Positions 25,010 to 38,935 of a stretch of DNA of 64,000 bases are shown piece by piece; the stretch's first letter is position 1; each line of letters starts with the position of its first letter. The translations under genes and the position numbers were made by a program. The notes below the pieces were generated by a model. It was not told the origin of the DNA. It saw only the letters and a list, made by a program, of their open reading frames with translations, and did no database searches. This DNA comes from Lingula anatina (lineage: Eukaryota; Animalia; Brachiopoda), in contig CM120647.1 in the NCBI GenBank assembly GCA_051362555.1, positions 806,001 to 870,000 of the forward strand, given 5' to 3'.

Positions 25010-25836
25010 ATGAAGAACTTGGCTGTCGTCCTTGTTTTACTTGCAGTCACCATACGCTGCGGGGGTAAGTGACCTTGGATTGACCTTCGAGTCTAGCGTT
25101 AACATGGATTAAGATCAAAATTATTTTTAAGATAATGTTTGTTCATCGACAGCTGTTTAAGGCTCGTTTGTCTTCCAATGTTTAGTTAGATTTCTGATTA
25201 TCTTTTAGAAAGTGAGTCTCTATTATATTCAGTAATACCCGTGGTCAGGCCTACCCAACTACCAGACTCGGCACCGAATGATCCCGAATTCACCGGTAGA
25301 TCAGACCACACTACCCGTTTTCAAGGTGTGCGTCAGTACGCATTTCAAAGTATCATACCCCGGAAAAAAATTTGAGATGAGATGCAATACTTTCCAACCC
25401 CGCTGAGAATCACCACTATCACATCGCATACTAGCCAAGAGGTGTGTTGCGTCTGATACTTCGAAGCGCGTACAGACGCACACCTTGAAAACGGGTGGTG
25501 TGGTTCGATCTACCGGTGAAATCATGACCATTTGGTGCCGAGTCTGAAGGCAGTTGGTTAGGCCTGATACCAGTACCAATCAATACACAGATAAGTCCTT
25601 GTTAGTGCTGTACAATTTCCTTTATAATTCATTTATAACCAGTAGGACAATCGGAGCAGTGTCCGGGAGATTTGCAGTGGACTTCCTGTGGGACACCGTG
25701 TCCACTGGTTTGTGGACAAGAAGAAGCAGACTTCTGTATGGAGGAGTGTGTCCGCGGCTGCGCATGCCCACGGGGCAAGGTCAGGGTCACGAGGACCAGC
25801 AGTCAGTGCGTGGACAGCAGGGAGGACTGCCCGTAG
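25010..25836 (+). CDS. Secreted TIL-domain (Ascaris-type, 10-Cys) protease inhibitor-like peptide, copy 1, 82 aa (coding exons 25010-25064, 25643-25836)
   Basis: MKNLAVVLVLLAVTIRCG|VGQSEQCPGDLQWTSCGTPCPLVCGQEEADFCMEECVRGCACPRGKVRVTRTSSQCVDSREDCP*: signal peptide, phase-1 GT-AG intron, TIL Cys spacing; AATAAA at 25901; probable non-coding exon 1 ending at 24162. Confidence 0.88.
25245..25567. mobile_element. Fold-back MITE in the TIL coding intron (also about 32054-32372, 39769-40087, 48541-48860)
   Basis: TCAGGCCTACCCAACTACCAGACTCGGCACC... is mirrored by ...GGTGCCGAGTCTGAAGGCAGTTGGTTAGGCCTGA; arms about 110 bp. Confidence 0.7.
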
Positions 25837-26579
25837 TGAAACGGCGGCCACTTTTGTCTGAACATTCTGGCAACTACTTTTCAAGTATGGTGTATACCTA
25901 AATAAAATATGACAAACAACGTAAAGGTTTTCACCAGTTATTTATTTGTTATTTCGGCTTTGTGATAATAGACGTACCGGTAGATCGACTTCCATTTTCT
26001 TTTTAATATTTTAATATTTTGCTGGACACTGATAACTTAAAACCAGAATCCAACGTCAGTTATGTTGGATTTTAGCTTCAAACAAAACCAATAATGCTAA
26101 TGGCTTAAAACCTTGGTTCTCGTCTACATTTTACAATCAGACAACTTACATTCTATATATACATTGTACATGGCCAGAACGTATATAATTCCAGAAAAGG
26201 CATTTTATATCATTGTTACAGTTTAAGAATAACTTACATATATGTCAACTAATTTTAGGACAGGAAAAAAGTAGAATTGGGGTGTCAACTGTTGTACCCC
26301 GCCCCCCCCCCCCCCCCCTGGAATTAGTCAACTGTCACTGTGAGTTAGATGTACTGCCTGGATGTTGTTATCACGTGACAGCAGGTTGCCATGTGCCGGG
26401 GAGGGGGAGGGGGGAGGAGAAAGGGAGGGGGGCTCTGTTTATACCTCGGTTTACGGTGCTGGTATTCTTTCAGATGTGGATAGCCTCTAACACCCTCCTG
26501 GAACCAGTCAAAACCGTAGAAGATTTTAAGTAGCCCTGGCATATTTATGCTCCTGTAGCCAAGTTGCAGTGTTTTATAT

Positions 26580-26618
<39 letters not shown>

Positions 26619-28579
26619 TAACTATGAAGAGAACAAGCTAACTAGAAGTACATCTCCTGAATAGAGGCTATTCACTTGGGTAGCCTCAGGTGTATTAGCT
26701 GTTGACTGAAGAAAATTACTTCATTCTTAAGCCGACTAGAGAAATTAAAGGGAATCGTACAGAAATACAGTATGAGCATGTGACCAGTTGTGATCAATAA
26801 TCTTCATGCTGGAGATTTATGATATTTTCAAGATCAAATACCTTCTTACTTCACGAAGTACATTTTGAAAATGCACGTGATACAACTTATTGAAAATTGC
26901 TTAATCTTTGTTTGTTTCCAAATACACCATACTTACACACCCAACGTCCACACCAGCAATGTCGCATTAACAAAACACCTGTGTGTTTTAGCGTCAAAAG
27001 TATTCATGATAATTCACCGCATAGACCTTAATGAAGATAGAAGTATATATATGTATGTGCATCTTTGAAGATCTACATTAAAGTTGTATTGTATTTTACA
27101 ACTTAAATGTAGATCTTCAAAGATGCACAAATATATATACTTCTATAGCGTCAAAAGTATCAAACGCAAAACTGGACATATATGACTGTAGGATATATGT
27201 GGCATGTGCTCGAACAAACAAACAAACAATATGAACGAAAGAACGGGGCGGCTTTATTGCAGGTACTTGGACAGTTACTTGGACGGCGGTCAATTGTGGT
27301 AGATGTGCCACAACATTCGTCACACCTGAAACAGATCAGTTATCTCACCTATCGCAATTGATGGATCCTTTGTCTTGGCTAGGACCCTCATATAAAAAAA
27401 AAGAGGGGGAGGGGATCACTGCAAATACTTTGCAGCCCGCTCAAAAGGCAGCCATTTTGTGTTACACAAGAACTTGGTAAGGTGGCAGTATAATCTCTCA
27501 AACATCTTCATCGTGGTCAGGAGACGAGGTGAAATTTGGTCTTTTTCTGAATTAAATTGGGAACTTGGACGTTTTGCTTGGATTAGTACGAGTAAAGCAC
27601 ATTGGAGAATCAAAATACCCAATATCTCGTTGCAGTGAACTCATATTTTTTGTCAAACACTTACAAGCGTTAAACATCTTCACAATGAATTTCTCGAATG
27701 CGTACTAACTCCTCGGGGACTCTCGCTGAATACAACCAGATTAACACACTAAGACCCCATTCCCGTTGATACCATCTACTTCGCTCGATTCAACTATGCA
27801 GGGACTCTCGCTGAGTGCAGTCAGCTTAACTGAATGAACTCCTCCTCTTGTTCCAACGTTCTCGTATAATCAGCTTTTGTGTGTTCTATTTAACGCTAAC
27901 AGGCGGCATGTTAATCTGTTAGTCTGATTACATTTAATATTTATCAAGAAATTTACTTTTTAATGTGACAGCATCTCAAACACACAGTAACTTTCACCAT
28001 ATCTTTAAAAAATAGCTTCCTCCATATACCGGGGTATCTTTCACATCAGCTGTCTCTTCAGCGTCTTTAGTGCATTTTCTTTACACATTCGTGCTTTAAA
28101 GGTACACACGAACCACAGTGACTGCTTGACAAATTGGCTTTATGTGCCTCTCGCATGATATGATCGAAAAAAATAAGACCAAGAGAATGTTTGTTGGAAT
28201 GCTTGCATTAATTACAGGGCCCGACAGACGTTGACTCAAGTGTGGTTTGGAAGAAAAAAATGGACAGGTTGAAATAAAAAACATCAACCCAGATAAATAT
28301 CGTGTCGGGTAAAAAGCGGTCGCAAAAGCGCACGAGATATATGGATGGCTTTACCACAACATGGTGTGTATTCAGACTTTTTTCTATTTCTTTGTTATCG
28401 ATACATCCATCGATAGATCCAGACTTGATAAGAGGAGGGGAGGGGTGTCGGCACGGATAGACGCATTTCTTTATACTGAATGATGAACAGCCAGAATATG
28501 AAAATTGTAGAAGCTATCAAGGACACTCGCCCTTCTTATATTCCCGCGTGTCAGTCTCCCCTGGCAACGGTTTCTATAG

Positions 28580-28770
28580 CAGGCCCGCACATGTAGCTAG
28601 CTATGGCAAAATAAATAAAGGGGGGGGTCTTTTTATGAAAATGTGGACTTGTTGTCAGGAATCCTTAGTTTACGTAGATCAGATTTACCCAGAGTAGTTC
28701 TTTACCCAGTAAAAAAAAAGGGGGGGGGTCTTTAGAACCCCCCCCCCCCCCCCCCCAGGCTACGGGCCTG
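28580..28770. mobile_element. MITE CAGGCCCG...CGGGCCTG with G/C runs (also 35312-35510, 43007-43210, 51762-51942; related partial at 43239-43346)
   Basis: Short TIRs; flanking direct repeat CTATAG is perfect in copy 4 and CTATAG/CTGTAG in the others. Confidence 0.6.
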
Positions 28771-30693
28771 CTGTAGACAATTTTACAAGGGCCTTTTATA
28801 GCTCTTACACAGTGCACCGGAGTCATTCAAATTAAAGGTACTGCACTTATTGTTCTCCCCCATACGAGCAGTCAGTGAATATAAATTTAGTGTATTTTTC
28901 GCGAAATATGAAAGAAAATCTTCTGCTTATAAAAGTCACCTGTATGTACAAATCCTCTGTATCAATTGTATAGGCACAATTGTTCTGACCCCCCCCCTCC
29001 CCGTCTTGCAAACTGAGGTTCACAATGCCTGTAACCTTAACAAGTCCTATCTTAATCGTCCATCTAACTGGAACTTCCTTTACTTCTTAATTGGAGGGTT
29101 TAGTGGCCCTCAACTCTTCTGTACAATCTTTCTTGAGAATATCAAGCGCATTCTCACTGGCGATATTTATCTCAGGTAAAAATCTGCCTGAGTGTTATTT
29201 TCAAAGAGCAGCTCGATCCCGCAACCCTGGGGGCACTAGATAAAATCTGGACACCAGGTTTAAGTAGGAGCTAGAGAAACAAAGGAATAATTTTCCCTGC
29301 AAAACTTCAAAGAATTCTGACACGGACTTGACCCAGCTTACCCCTCCAAACTAACAAGGTGACATGGGCAATTTTTACAAACAAATAATTAAACTTAGAT
29401 GTATCAGAGTTCTGTTGTGTCGTACAACTGGTTGGTTTTGGGAGCCATGCATCCACATGTAAGGTGAATGGAACCGTATGTTAGTTCAACTCAGAGGTGG
29501 ACCCAGGATTTTTCGAAGGGGGTTCCACATATGCGAAGCTAACCTCCTTTTAAATAAATATACCGTTCTGGGTAATAAGAATATTGAAACTTTTTTAATT
29601 GCGAGAATATTTCTGACTAAATGATGATTTTATTATTAATGGAAATAAAGCTGCGATGTGTGGTACATATGCAGGGCCGTAGCCTCGGGGGGGGGGGGGG
29701 GGGGGGGGGGAGCTGCCCCCCTGGGATTTGAGGTGCAAAAAAGAAAATAATAATAATAATAATCACAGAGGTAATAAATAATTGCAAAGTTGGTTTCGAT
29801 TCTGTGAGAAAATGCACTCATGGCCACTAGACAATCATTCAACAATCTGTTTACAAAGGTGTACTGTTTTTAGCCAACTCAGTTCATGCCAAAATGCTCA
29901 CCCTCCGTTAGGAAATGAAGTCCAATTGGCGTGTCGTGTTGAAAAAATGACTGTACTTATGACAAAATGAACCCACAACTTTTGACTTCTGATTGAGCAA
30001 TAAATAACAGTTAAAATGCACTGTATATTATGATTGTGCGGATTGTTTTGCCCATTTATAAATAATATAATATACCGGTACATTTAATGATGTTATACAA
30101 TGATGTGAATTGTTTTGCCCATAAATATTATATGTGGAAACAAATAAAATTAATTACATGCATGAACACGTATGTTGGCATTGTGCCAGCTCAGGAAGAT
30201 GACCCCCCCCCCCCCCCCTCACACACACATACACACTTCCTCAGTTGCCAAAGTCAACACCCCGAAACATTCATTTAAAAAAAAATCACGTGAAAATCCG
30301 TATAATTAAATGGTAACGTTAATTTATACAGTGCAAAAATCTGCTCCTTGTAACGCTGTTTCAACTCATTTGAGTTATTCGGTTCTCATATTACATGTGC
30401 GATTCCTTAAAACGACACACACACAAGAAAACGCCTAAACAAAAAGTTTACCCCTACTTCTTGTGGGTCATACGTCTACGTCATCATATTGTGAGTGGGA
30501 ATACAGCGCACCAAGTATTATGAAAAATAACTAGTTCTCACACGAAGACCTCTATTGGCAAAATCCCCTAGCCCATCTTAGAATATTACTTCCAGGGGAA
30601 CGTCGTAGCACGTGGGTAGTTACGCAAGACCTGTGACGTGTAACGCGCGCAAGGTTATTCGTCACGTGATACAGCGCCATATACCTGTCCTCC

Positions 30694-30965
30694 TGTGACG
30701 ATGTTGTGTTAGTTGAGATTGTTTTATAGTGCTACCGGTAGATGTCTCTATAAGTAAAGTGTTACCCGGTGTGCAAGTTTGAATCTCTCCCGTGATTGGT
30801 AAATTAAAGGTAAAACTGTTCACTGTATAGTTGGTTCTGATTGGTAAACGTGTACTATCTGAACTTGTATATAAGGTGTGACGTGACTAACTGTTTCTGG
30901 TCATTTTATATTAGACTGACAAGGGCCGTTGTGGAAATCCATCACCAGGTTTCGCCGTCTGTTTG
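30694..30965 (+). promoter_or_regulatory. Putative promoter and non-coding exon 1 of TIL copy 2 (equivalents at 37433-37704 and 47267-47538)
   Basis: Two ATTGG (reverse CCAAT) boxes, TATATAAG at 30868, Inr-like TCATTTT at 30901 about 30 nt downstream, and donor TTTG|GTGAGT at 30965. Confidence 0.55.
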
Positions 30966-31100
30966 GTGAGTGACAGTAATATTGAAATCATCTATTTGTG
31001 TTAAGTCGCTGTATGTATTAAGAATGTGCGTAGGCGCACTGATTGACACCAACGTACTGTACATGTATCGGGACAAAATTGATTACACACACACATGCAC

Positions 31101-31131
<31 letters not shown>

Positions 31132-31821
31132 GAGGAGAGAGAGAGGGATCATGTTATCAACTATTTCGGATAATCCACTAAGCTTTGAGTAGAAACATTT
31201 GGATATCATCCAAAACTAAAACATTTAATACCTGCAGCACCGATACTCTTATCACATTGATGTCCTTGGCGCGTCTTTTCTGTCGTTATTATACAATTAA
31301 GATTCATTCCACTAGCTACCAGCCAGCATATGTGTATGAAGCGTGACCAATGACCTAAATAAATCTACATTTTGAACAGTGCTCAGACAGCATGCTGCAG
31401 TATGAACACTTTCAGAACAGCGGACGAACAGATCCGCGGATCAAATATGGCGACCCACTAAAAAGCTTGCCGCTTAATTCCCGATAAGACAGTGAAAAGA
31501 TTCTCCGAGGGGATTACGCAACAAGCATCCAATTGGGTTGACTATATTTTGATCCGCGAATGTGTTAGTTCGCTGTTCTGAATGCTGCCTTATATTGTAG
31601 TCGCATCCTTTCAACTTCAAGTGTTTCCTTTATCGAATTTATTAGCCAATGATTTACATTGTTATAGCTTTGTGATAAAATAACCAACAGTTGTAAAAAA
31701 AAAAAAAAGAAAAGAAAAAAAGTAACTATGCACAGAGACAATTACTTCACTCCTTAATATAACAAGAAATACCTTAGCAAATGTAAATTATGATCTTTAT
31801 TTTCAGCTCAGAACTTACAGG

Positions 31822-32650
31822 ATGAAGAACGTGGCTGTCGTCCTTGTTTTACTTGCAGTCACCATACGCTGCGGGGGTAAGTGACCTTGGATTGACCTTC
31901 GAGTCTAGCGTTAACATGGATTAAGATCAAGATTTTTAAGATAATGTTTGTTCATCGACAGCTGTTTAAGGCTCGTTTGTCTTCCAATGTTTTGTTAGAT
32001 TTCTGTTTATCTTTTAGAAAGTGAGTCTCTCTTATATTCAGTAATACCCGTGGTCAGGCCTACCCAACTACCAGACTCGGCACCGAATGATCCCGAATTC
32101 ACCGGTAGATCGGACCACACTACCCATTTTCAAGGTGTGGGTCAGTACGCATTTTAAAGCATCATACCCCGGAAAAAAATTGAGATAAGATGCAATACTT
32201 TCCAACCCCGCTGAGAATCACCACTATCACATCGCGTACTAGCCAAGAGGTGTGTTGCGTCTGATACTTCGAAGCGCGTACTGACGCACACCTTGAAAAC
32301 GGATAGTGTGGTCCGATCTACCGGTGAATTCGGGATCATTCGGTGCCCAGTCAGGTAGCTGGTTAGACTTGATACCAGTACCAATCAATAATTGCAGATA
32401 ATTCCTGGTTAGACTAGTACTGTACATTTCCATTTACAATTTTTTATAAGCAGTGGGACAATCGGAGCTGTGTCCGGGAGATTTGCAGTGGACGTCCTGT
32501 GGGACACCGTGTCCGCTGATTTGTGGACAAGAGGAAGCAGACTTCTGTATGGAGGTGTGTGTCCCCGGCTGCGCATGCCCACAGGACAAGGTCAGGGTCA
32601 CGAGGACCAGCAGCCAGTGCGTGGAAAGCAGGGAGGACTGTCCGCAGTGA
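31822..32650 (+). CDS. TIL-domain peptide copy 2, 83 aa (31822-31876, 32454-32650)
   Basis: MKNVAVVLVLLAVTIRCG|VGQSELCPGDLQWTSCGTPCPLICGQEEADFCMEVCVPGCACPQDKVRVTRTSSQCVESREDCPQ*; TAG to CAG adds one Gln before a TGA stop. Confidence 0.88.
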
Positions 32651-33388
32651 AACGGGGACCACTTTTGTCTGAGCATTCTGGCAACTACTTTTCATATATG
32701 GTGTATACCTAAATAAAATATGACAAACAACGTAAAGGTTGTCACCAGTTATTTATTTGTTATTTCGGCTTTGTGATAATAGATTTAGATCGGCTGCCAT
32801 ATTTCTTTTTTAATATTTCGATGGAGACTGATAACTTCAAACTGAGATCTAACATTAGATAAGTTGGATCTTAGCTAAAAGCACAACCAATACAGTTAAT
32901 GACTTAAAACCTTGGTACTCGCCCACATTTCCCGACCAAACAATTTACATTCTACATTGTAAAATTCCAGGAATGACATTTTATATTATTGTCCCGGTGT
33001 AAGAATAACTTACTTATATGTCAACTCATTTTAGGACAGGAAATAAAATAGTATTGGGGTGTCAACTGTTATCCACCCACCCCCACCCCCACCCCACCCT
33101 CACCCCCACCCTTCCGGAACCAGTCAACTGTCACTGTGAGTTAGAACTACTGCCTGGATGTTGTCATCACGTGACAGCAGGTTGCCATGTGCCGGGGGTT
33201 GTCTGTGTGTGTGTGGGGGGGGTAGGGGGGGAGGGGGGGCTCTGTTTATACCTCGGTTTACGGTGCTGGTATTCTTTCAGATGTGGATCGCCTCTCTGGC
33301 ACCCTCCTGGAACCAGTCAAAACCGTAGACGGTTTTAAGTAGCCCTGGCACATTTATGATCCTTTAGCCAAGTTGCAGTGTTTTATAT

Positions 33389-33423
<35 letters not shown>

Positions 33424-36400
33424 GATGACAAGCCGACTAGAAGTACACCTCCTGAGTAGAGGCTATTCACCTGAATAGCCTAATTTCCTGATGAAGAAGT
33501 TCTGTTAGACATCGAAATATTGGAAGTAAAAAACTATCTCAAGATTAGCTGTTGACTGAAGAAAAATTACTTCATTCCTAAGCCGAGTAGAGAAATTAAA
33601 GAGAAGCAACAAATCGTACGGAAATATGAGCATGTGACCAGTTGTGATCAATAATCTTCATGCTGGAGATCAATGATATTTTCAAGATCAAACACTCTCT
33701 TACTTCACGAAGTACATTTTGAAAATGCACATGATGCAACTTATTGAAAGTTGCTTAATCTTCGTTTGTTTCCAAACACCGTTCTTACACACATAACGTC
33801 CACACACTAGCGGAGCTCTAACCAGCTATGTCGCATTAACAAAACATCTGTGTATTTAAGCGTATCAAAAGTATCAAAAGCAAAACTGGACATATATGAC
33901 GGCAGAATGTATGTGGTATGTGCTAGAACTAACAAGCAAACAAACAATATAAAAGGAAGAATGGAGCGGCTTTATTGCAGGTACTTGGATATCGTAGTGA
34001 TATCGGTGACAGTTACTTGGTCGGCGGTTAATTGCGGTAGATGTGCTACAACATTCGTCACACCTGAAACAGATCAGATATCTCACCTATCGCAATTGAT
34101 GGAATCTTCGTCTGTTGGTAAGGACCTTCATATTAAAAAAAGAGGGGGGAGGGGTCACTGCAAATACTTTGCAACCTGTTCAAAAAGAAGTCATTTTGTG
34201 TTACACGAGAGCTTGGTAAGGTGGCAGTATAAGCACTCAAACATCTTCATCGTGGTCACGAGACGAGGTGGAATTTGGTCTTTTCTGAATCAAAATGGGC
34301 ACTAGGAGTTTTGCTTGGACTAGCACTAATAAAGTACATTGGAGAATCAAAATACCAAATATCTCGTTGCACTGTACTCATATTTTTGTCAAACACTTAC
34401 AAGCGTTAAACATCTTCACAATGAATTTCACGAATGCATAATAACTCCTCGGGGACTCGCGCTGAATACAATCAGATTTACACACTAAGACCCCATTCCC
34501 GTTGATACCATCGATCTACTTCGCTCGATCCAACTATGCAGGGACTCTCGCTGAGTGCAGTCAGCTTAACTGAATGAACTCCTCCTCTTGTTCCAACGTT
34601 CTCGTATAATCAGCTTTTGTGTGTTCTATTAAACATGAACAGGCGGCGTGTTAATCTGTTAGTCTGATTGCATTATAATATTTATCAAAATTTTAACTTT
34701 TTAATGTGACAGCGTCTACTATACACTTTAACTTTCAGTAGATCTTTAAAAGCAAACGTTTTCCATATATCTTTCACATCAGCTGTCTTTTCAGCGTCTT
34801 TAGTGCATTTTCTTTACACATTCGTGCTTTAAAGGTACACACGAACCACAGTGACGGCTTGACAAATTGGCTTTATGTGCCTCTCGCATGATATGATCGA
34901 AAAAAATAAGACCAAGAGAATGTTGGTTGGAATGCTTGCATTAATTACAGACCCCGACATACGTTGACTCAAGTGTGGTTTGGAAGAAAAAATGGACAGG
35001 TTGAAATAAAAAACATCAACCCAGATAAATATCGTGTCGGGTAAAAAGCGGTCGCAAAAGCGCACGAGATATATGGATGGCTTTACCACAACATGGTGTG
35101 TATTCTGACTTTTTTCTACTTCTTTGTTATCGATACATCCATCGATAGATCCAGACTTGATAAGAGGAGGGGAGGGGTGTCGGCACGGATAGACGCATTT
35201 CCTTATACTGATTGATGAACAGCCAGAATATGAAAATTGTACAAGCTATCAAGGATACTTGCCCGTCTTATATTCCCGCGCGTCTGTCTCCCCTGGCAAC
35301 GGTTTCTATAGCAGGCCCGCACATGTAGCTAGCTATGGCAAAATAAATAAAGGGGGGGGTCTTTTTATGAAAATGTGGACTTGTTGTCAGGAATCCTTAG
35401 TTTACGTAGATCAGATTTACCCAGAGTAGTGCTTTACCCAGTAAAAAAAAAGGGGGGGGGGGGGTCTTTAGAACCCCCCCCCCCCCCCCCCCCCCCCGGC
35501 TAAGGGCCTGCTGTAGACAATTTTACAAGGACCTTTGTTCTATAGCTCTTACACAGTGCACCGGAGTCATTCAAATTAAAGGTACTGCACTTATTGTTCT
35601 CCCCCATACGAACAGTCAGTGAATATAAATTTAGAGTATTTTTCGCGAAATATGAAAGAAAATCTTCTGCCTATAAAAGTCACCTGTATGTACAAATCCT
35701 CTGTATCAATTGTATAGGCACAATTGTTCTGACCCCTACTCCCCGTCTTGCAAACTGAGGTTAACAATGCCTGTAACCTTAACAAGTCCTATCTTAATCG
35801 TCCATCTAACGGGAACTTCCTTTACTTCTTAATTGGAGGGTTTAGTGGCCCTCAACTCTTTTGTACAATCTTTCTTGAGAATATCAAGCGCATTCTCACT
35901 GGCGATATTTATCTCAGGTAAAAATCTGCCTGAGTGTTATTTTCAAAGAGCAGCTCGATCCCGCAACCCTGGGGGCACTAGATAAAATCTGGACACCAGG
36001 TTTAAGTAGGAGCTAGAGAAACAAAGGAATAATTTTTCCTGCAAAACTTCAAAGAATTCTGACACGGACTTGACCCAGGTTACCCCTCCAAACTAACAAG
36101 GTGACATGGGCAATTTTTACAAACAAATAATTAAACTTAGATGTATCAGAGTTCTGTTGTGTCGTACAACTGGTTGGTTTTGGGAACCATGCATCTACAT
36201 GTAAGGTGAATGGAACCGTATGTTAGTTCAACTCAGAGGTGGACCCAGGATTTTTCGAAGGGCGTTCCACATATGCGAAGCTAACCTCCTTTTAAATAAA
36301 TATACCGTTCTGGGTAATAAGAATATTGAAACTTTTTTAATTGCGAGAATATTTCTGACTAAATGATGATTTTATTATTAATGGAAATAAAGCTGCGATG

Positions 36401-37815
36401 TGTGGTACATATGCAGGGCCGTAGCCTCGGGGGGGGGGGGGGGGGGCAGCTGCCCCCCTGGGATTTGAGGTGCAAAAAAAAAGTAATAATAATCGCAGAG
36501 GTAAAAAATAATTGCAAAGTTGGTTTCGATTCTGTGAGAAAATGCACTCATGGCCACTAGACAATCATTCAACAATCTGTTTACAAAGGTGTACTGTTTT
36601 TAGCCAACTCAGTTCATGCCAAAATGCTCACCCTCCGTTAGGAAATGAAGTCCAATTGGCGTGTCGTGTTGAAAAAATGACTGTACTTATGGCAAAATGA
36701 ACCCACAACTTCTGACTTCTGATTGAGCAATAAATAACAGTTAAAATGCACTGTATATTATGATTGTGCGGATTGTTTTGCCCATTTATAAATAATATAA
36801 TATACATTTGATGATGTTATACAATGATGTAAATCGTTTTGCCCATAAATATTATATGTGGAAACGAATAAGATTAATTACATGCATGAACACGTATGTA
36901 GGCATTGTGCCAGCTCAGGAAGATGACCCCCCACCCCCACCCCCCCCCCACCCCCACCCCCCACATACACACACACTTCCTCAGTTGCCAAAGTCAACAC
37001 CCCGAAACATTCATTTTAAAAAAATCACGTGAAAATCCTTATAAATAAATGGTAACGTTAATTTATACAGTGCACAAATCTGCTCCTTGTAACGCTGTTT
37101 CAACTTATTTGAGTTATTCGGTTCTCATTTTACATGTGCGATTCCTTAAAACGACACACACACTAGAAAACGCCTAAACAAAAAGTTTACCCCTACTTCT
37201 TGTGGGTCATACGTCTACGTCATCATATTGTGAGTGGGAATACAGCGCACCAAGTATTATGAAAAATAACTAGTTCTCACACGAAGACCTCTATTGGCAA
37301 AATCCCCTAGCCCATCTTAGAATATTACTTCCAGGGAAACATCATAGCACGTGGGTAGTTACGCAAGACCTGTGACGTATAACGCGAGCAAGGTTATTCG
37401 TCACGTGATACAGCGCCATATACCTGTCCTCCTGTGACGATGTTGTGTTAGTTGAGATTGTTTTATAGTGCTACCGGTAGATGTCTCTATAAGTAAAGTG
37501 TTACCCGGTGTGCAAGTTTGAATCTCTCCCGTGATTGGTAAATTAAAGGTAAAACTGTTCACTGTATAATTGGTTCTGATTGGTAAACGTGTAGTATCTG
37601 AACTTGTATATAAGGTGTGACGTGACTAACTGTTTCTGGTCATTTTATATTAGACTGACAAGGGCCGTTGTGGAAATCCATCACCAGGTTTCGCCGTCTG
37701 TTTGGTGAGTGACAGTAATATTGAAATCATCTATTTGTGTTAAGTCGCTGTATGTATTAAGAATGTGCGTAGGCGCACTGATTGACACCAACGTACTGTA
37801 CATGTATCGGGACAA

Positions 37816-38875
37816 GTAATAGATAGACCCCGAGTCAGCGAGGGTTATGTGGCATACACGAGTGCGTAGCACGAGTGGATGTCACATAACCCTCGCTGAC
37901 GAGGGGTCTATCTTACTTAGACCACGGTCCATAACTTCAACAACAGTTCACGACATTACACCCACGCAACTACCCCGCTATCTTCATTACCACACTATTC
38001 ATCATGTTTGGAGCAAAGGAGGACGTCACCCTCTGTCAGCTAGATTTATTACCAACCCAATCGTTATATAAGGTGGATATCGATGCAGAATCAAAGCGGT
38101 TCGAAGTGCCAGTTCATTCCGCTGAATTTGAAAAAAAAATGGTTGCAGACATAATTCCAGCAAACACACAGAAAAATACGACCTGGGCATGTAATATATT
38201 TAAGGACTGGCGCACGTGGCGTAATTTTAGAACTGTCACTATGGCCGACCCTCACTGGCCTATTCCAACCCTTGAGGTGGGGAATCTAGAGATTTTGGAT
38301 TATTGGTTGGCAAGATTCATAACGGAAATTAAGCGCCAAGATGGCAGTTCCTATCCGCCAGGTGTGTTTAATTTTTCTTATCATTCGTTATTATCTTTTA
38401 AGTCGCAGCAGCACCCTGCTTCAATATTGTTAAAACATTTCAAATAAATATACAATATTCGTGAAACAACTATATTTTGAATTTCAAAAGCATCGTGCGC
38501 TTCAGTAACTTCATCTTCAACCCAGCCTGCAAGCTCTTTATCGGCACCTCCAATGAAGCAAAATACGGAAAAGGACGACAAAATTTTAACAATTGAAATA
38601 CTTTCTGTTATTGAGAAAGTTGTAATAATAAAAAACGGCCAAAAGATCACTTTTGAAATATAATACAGCTTGTTTTTTTTTTTCTTTCTTTTTTCATATG
38701 CGGTGATAAACGCTCAGTCCCTAATTAACTTGCTTTCAGGTGTGTTTACGGTTCTGTGCTTCGATGAGTAGTATGTGTGTGTTTTAGCGGGTTATAACGC
38801 ATTCATGCGAGACGTGCGGTTATGCGAGTTACACCACGTCTGAGTCTTTTGTTTTTCACTTCCACCGTGGTCTAA
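37816..38875 (+). mobile_element. Crypton-like (tyrosine-recombinase transposon) deletion derivative inserted in TIL copy 3 intron 1
   Basis: Absent from copies 2 and 4 (empty site GGACAA|AATTG), no clear TSD. It has a 5' hairpin and TTAGACCACGGT/ACCGTGGTCTAA inverted ends. It encodes IPANTQKNTTWACNIFKDW...LDYWLARFITEIKRQDGSSYPP, typical of the region N-terminal to DUF3504 in CryptonA/ZMYM/QRICH1-type proteins. Confidence 0.75.
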
Positions 38876-38899
38876 AATTGATTACACACACACATGCAC

Positions 38900-38935
<36 letters not shown>

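Noticed and set aside
33850-34305. 151-aa ORF repeated in the segmental copies
   Set aside because: Truncated or frameshifted in the other copies, GTG start, no recognisable domain.
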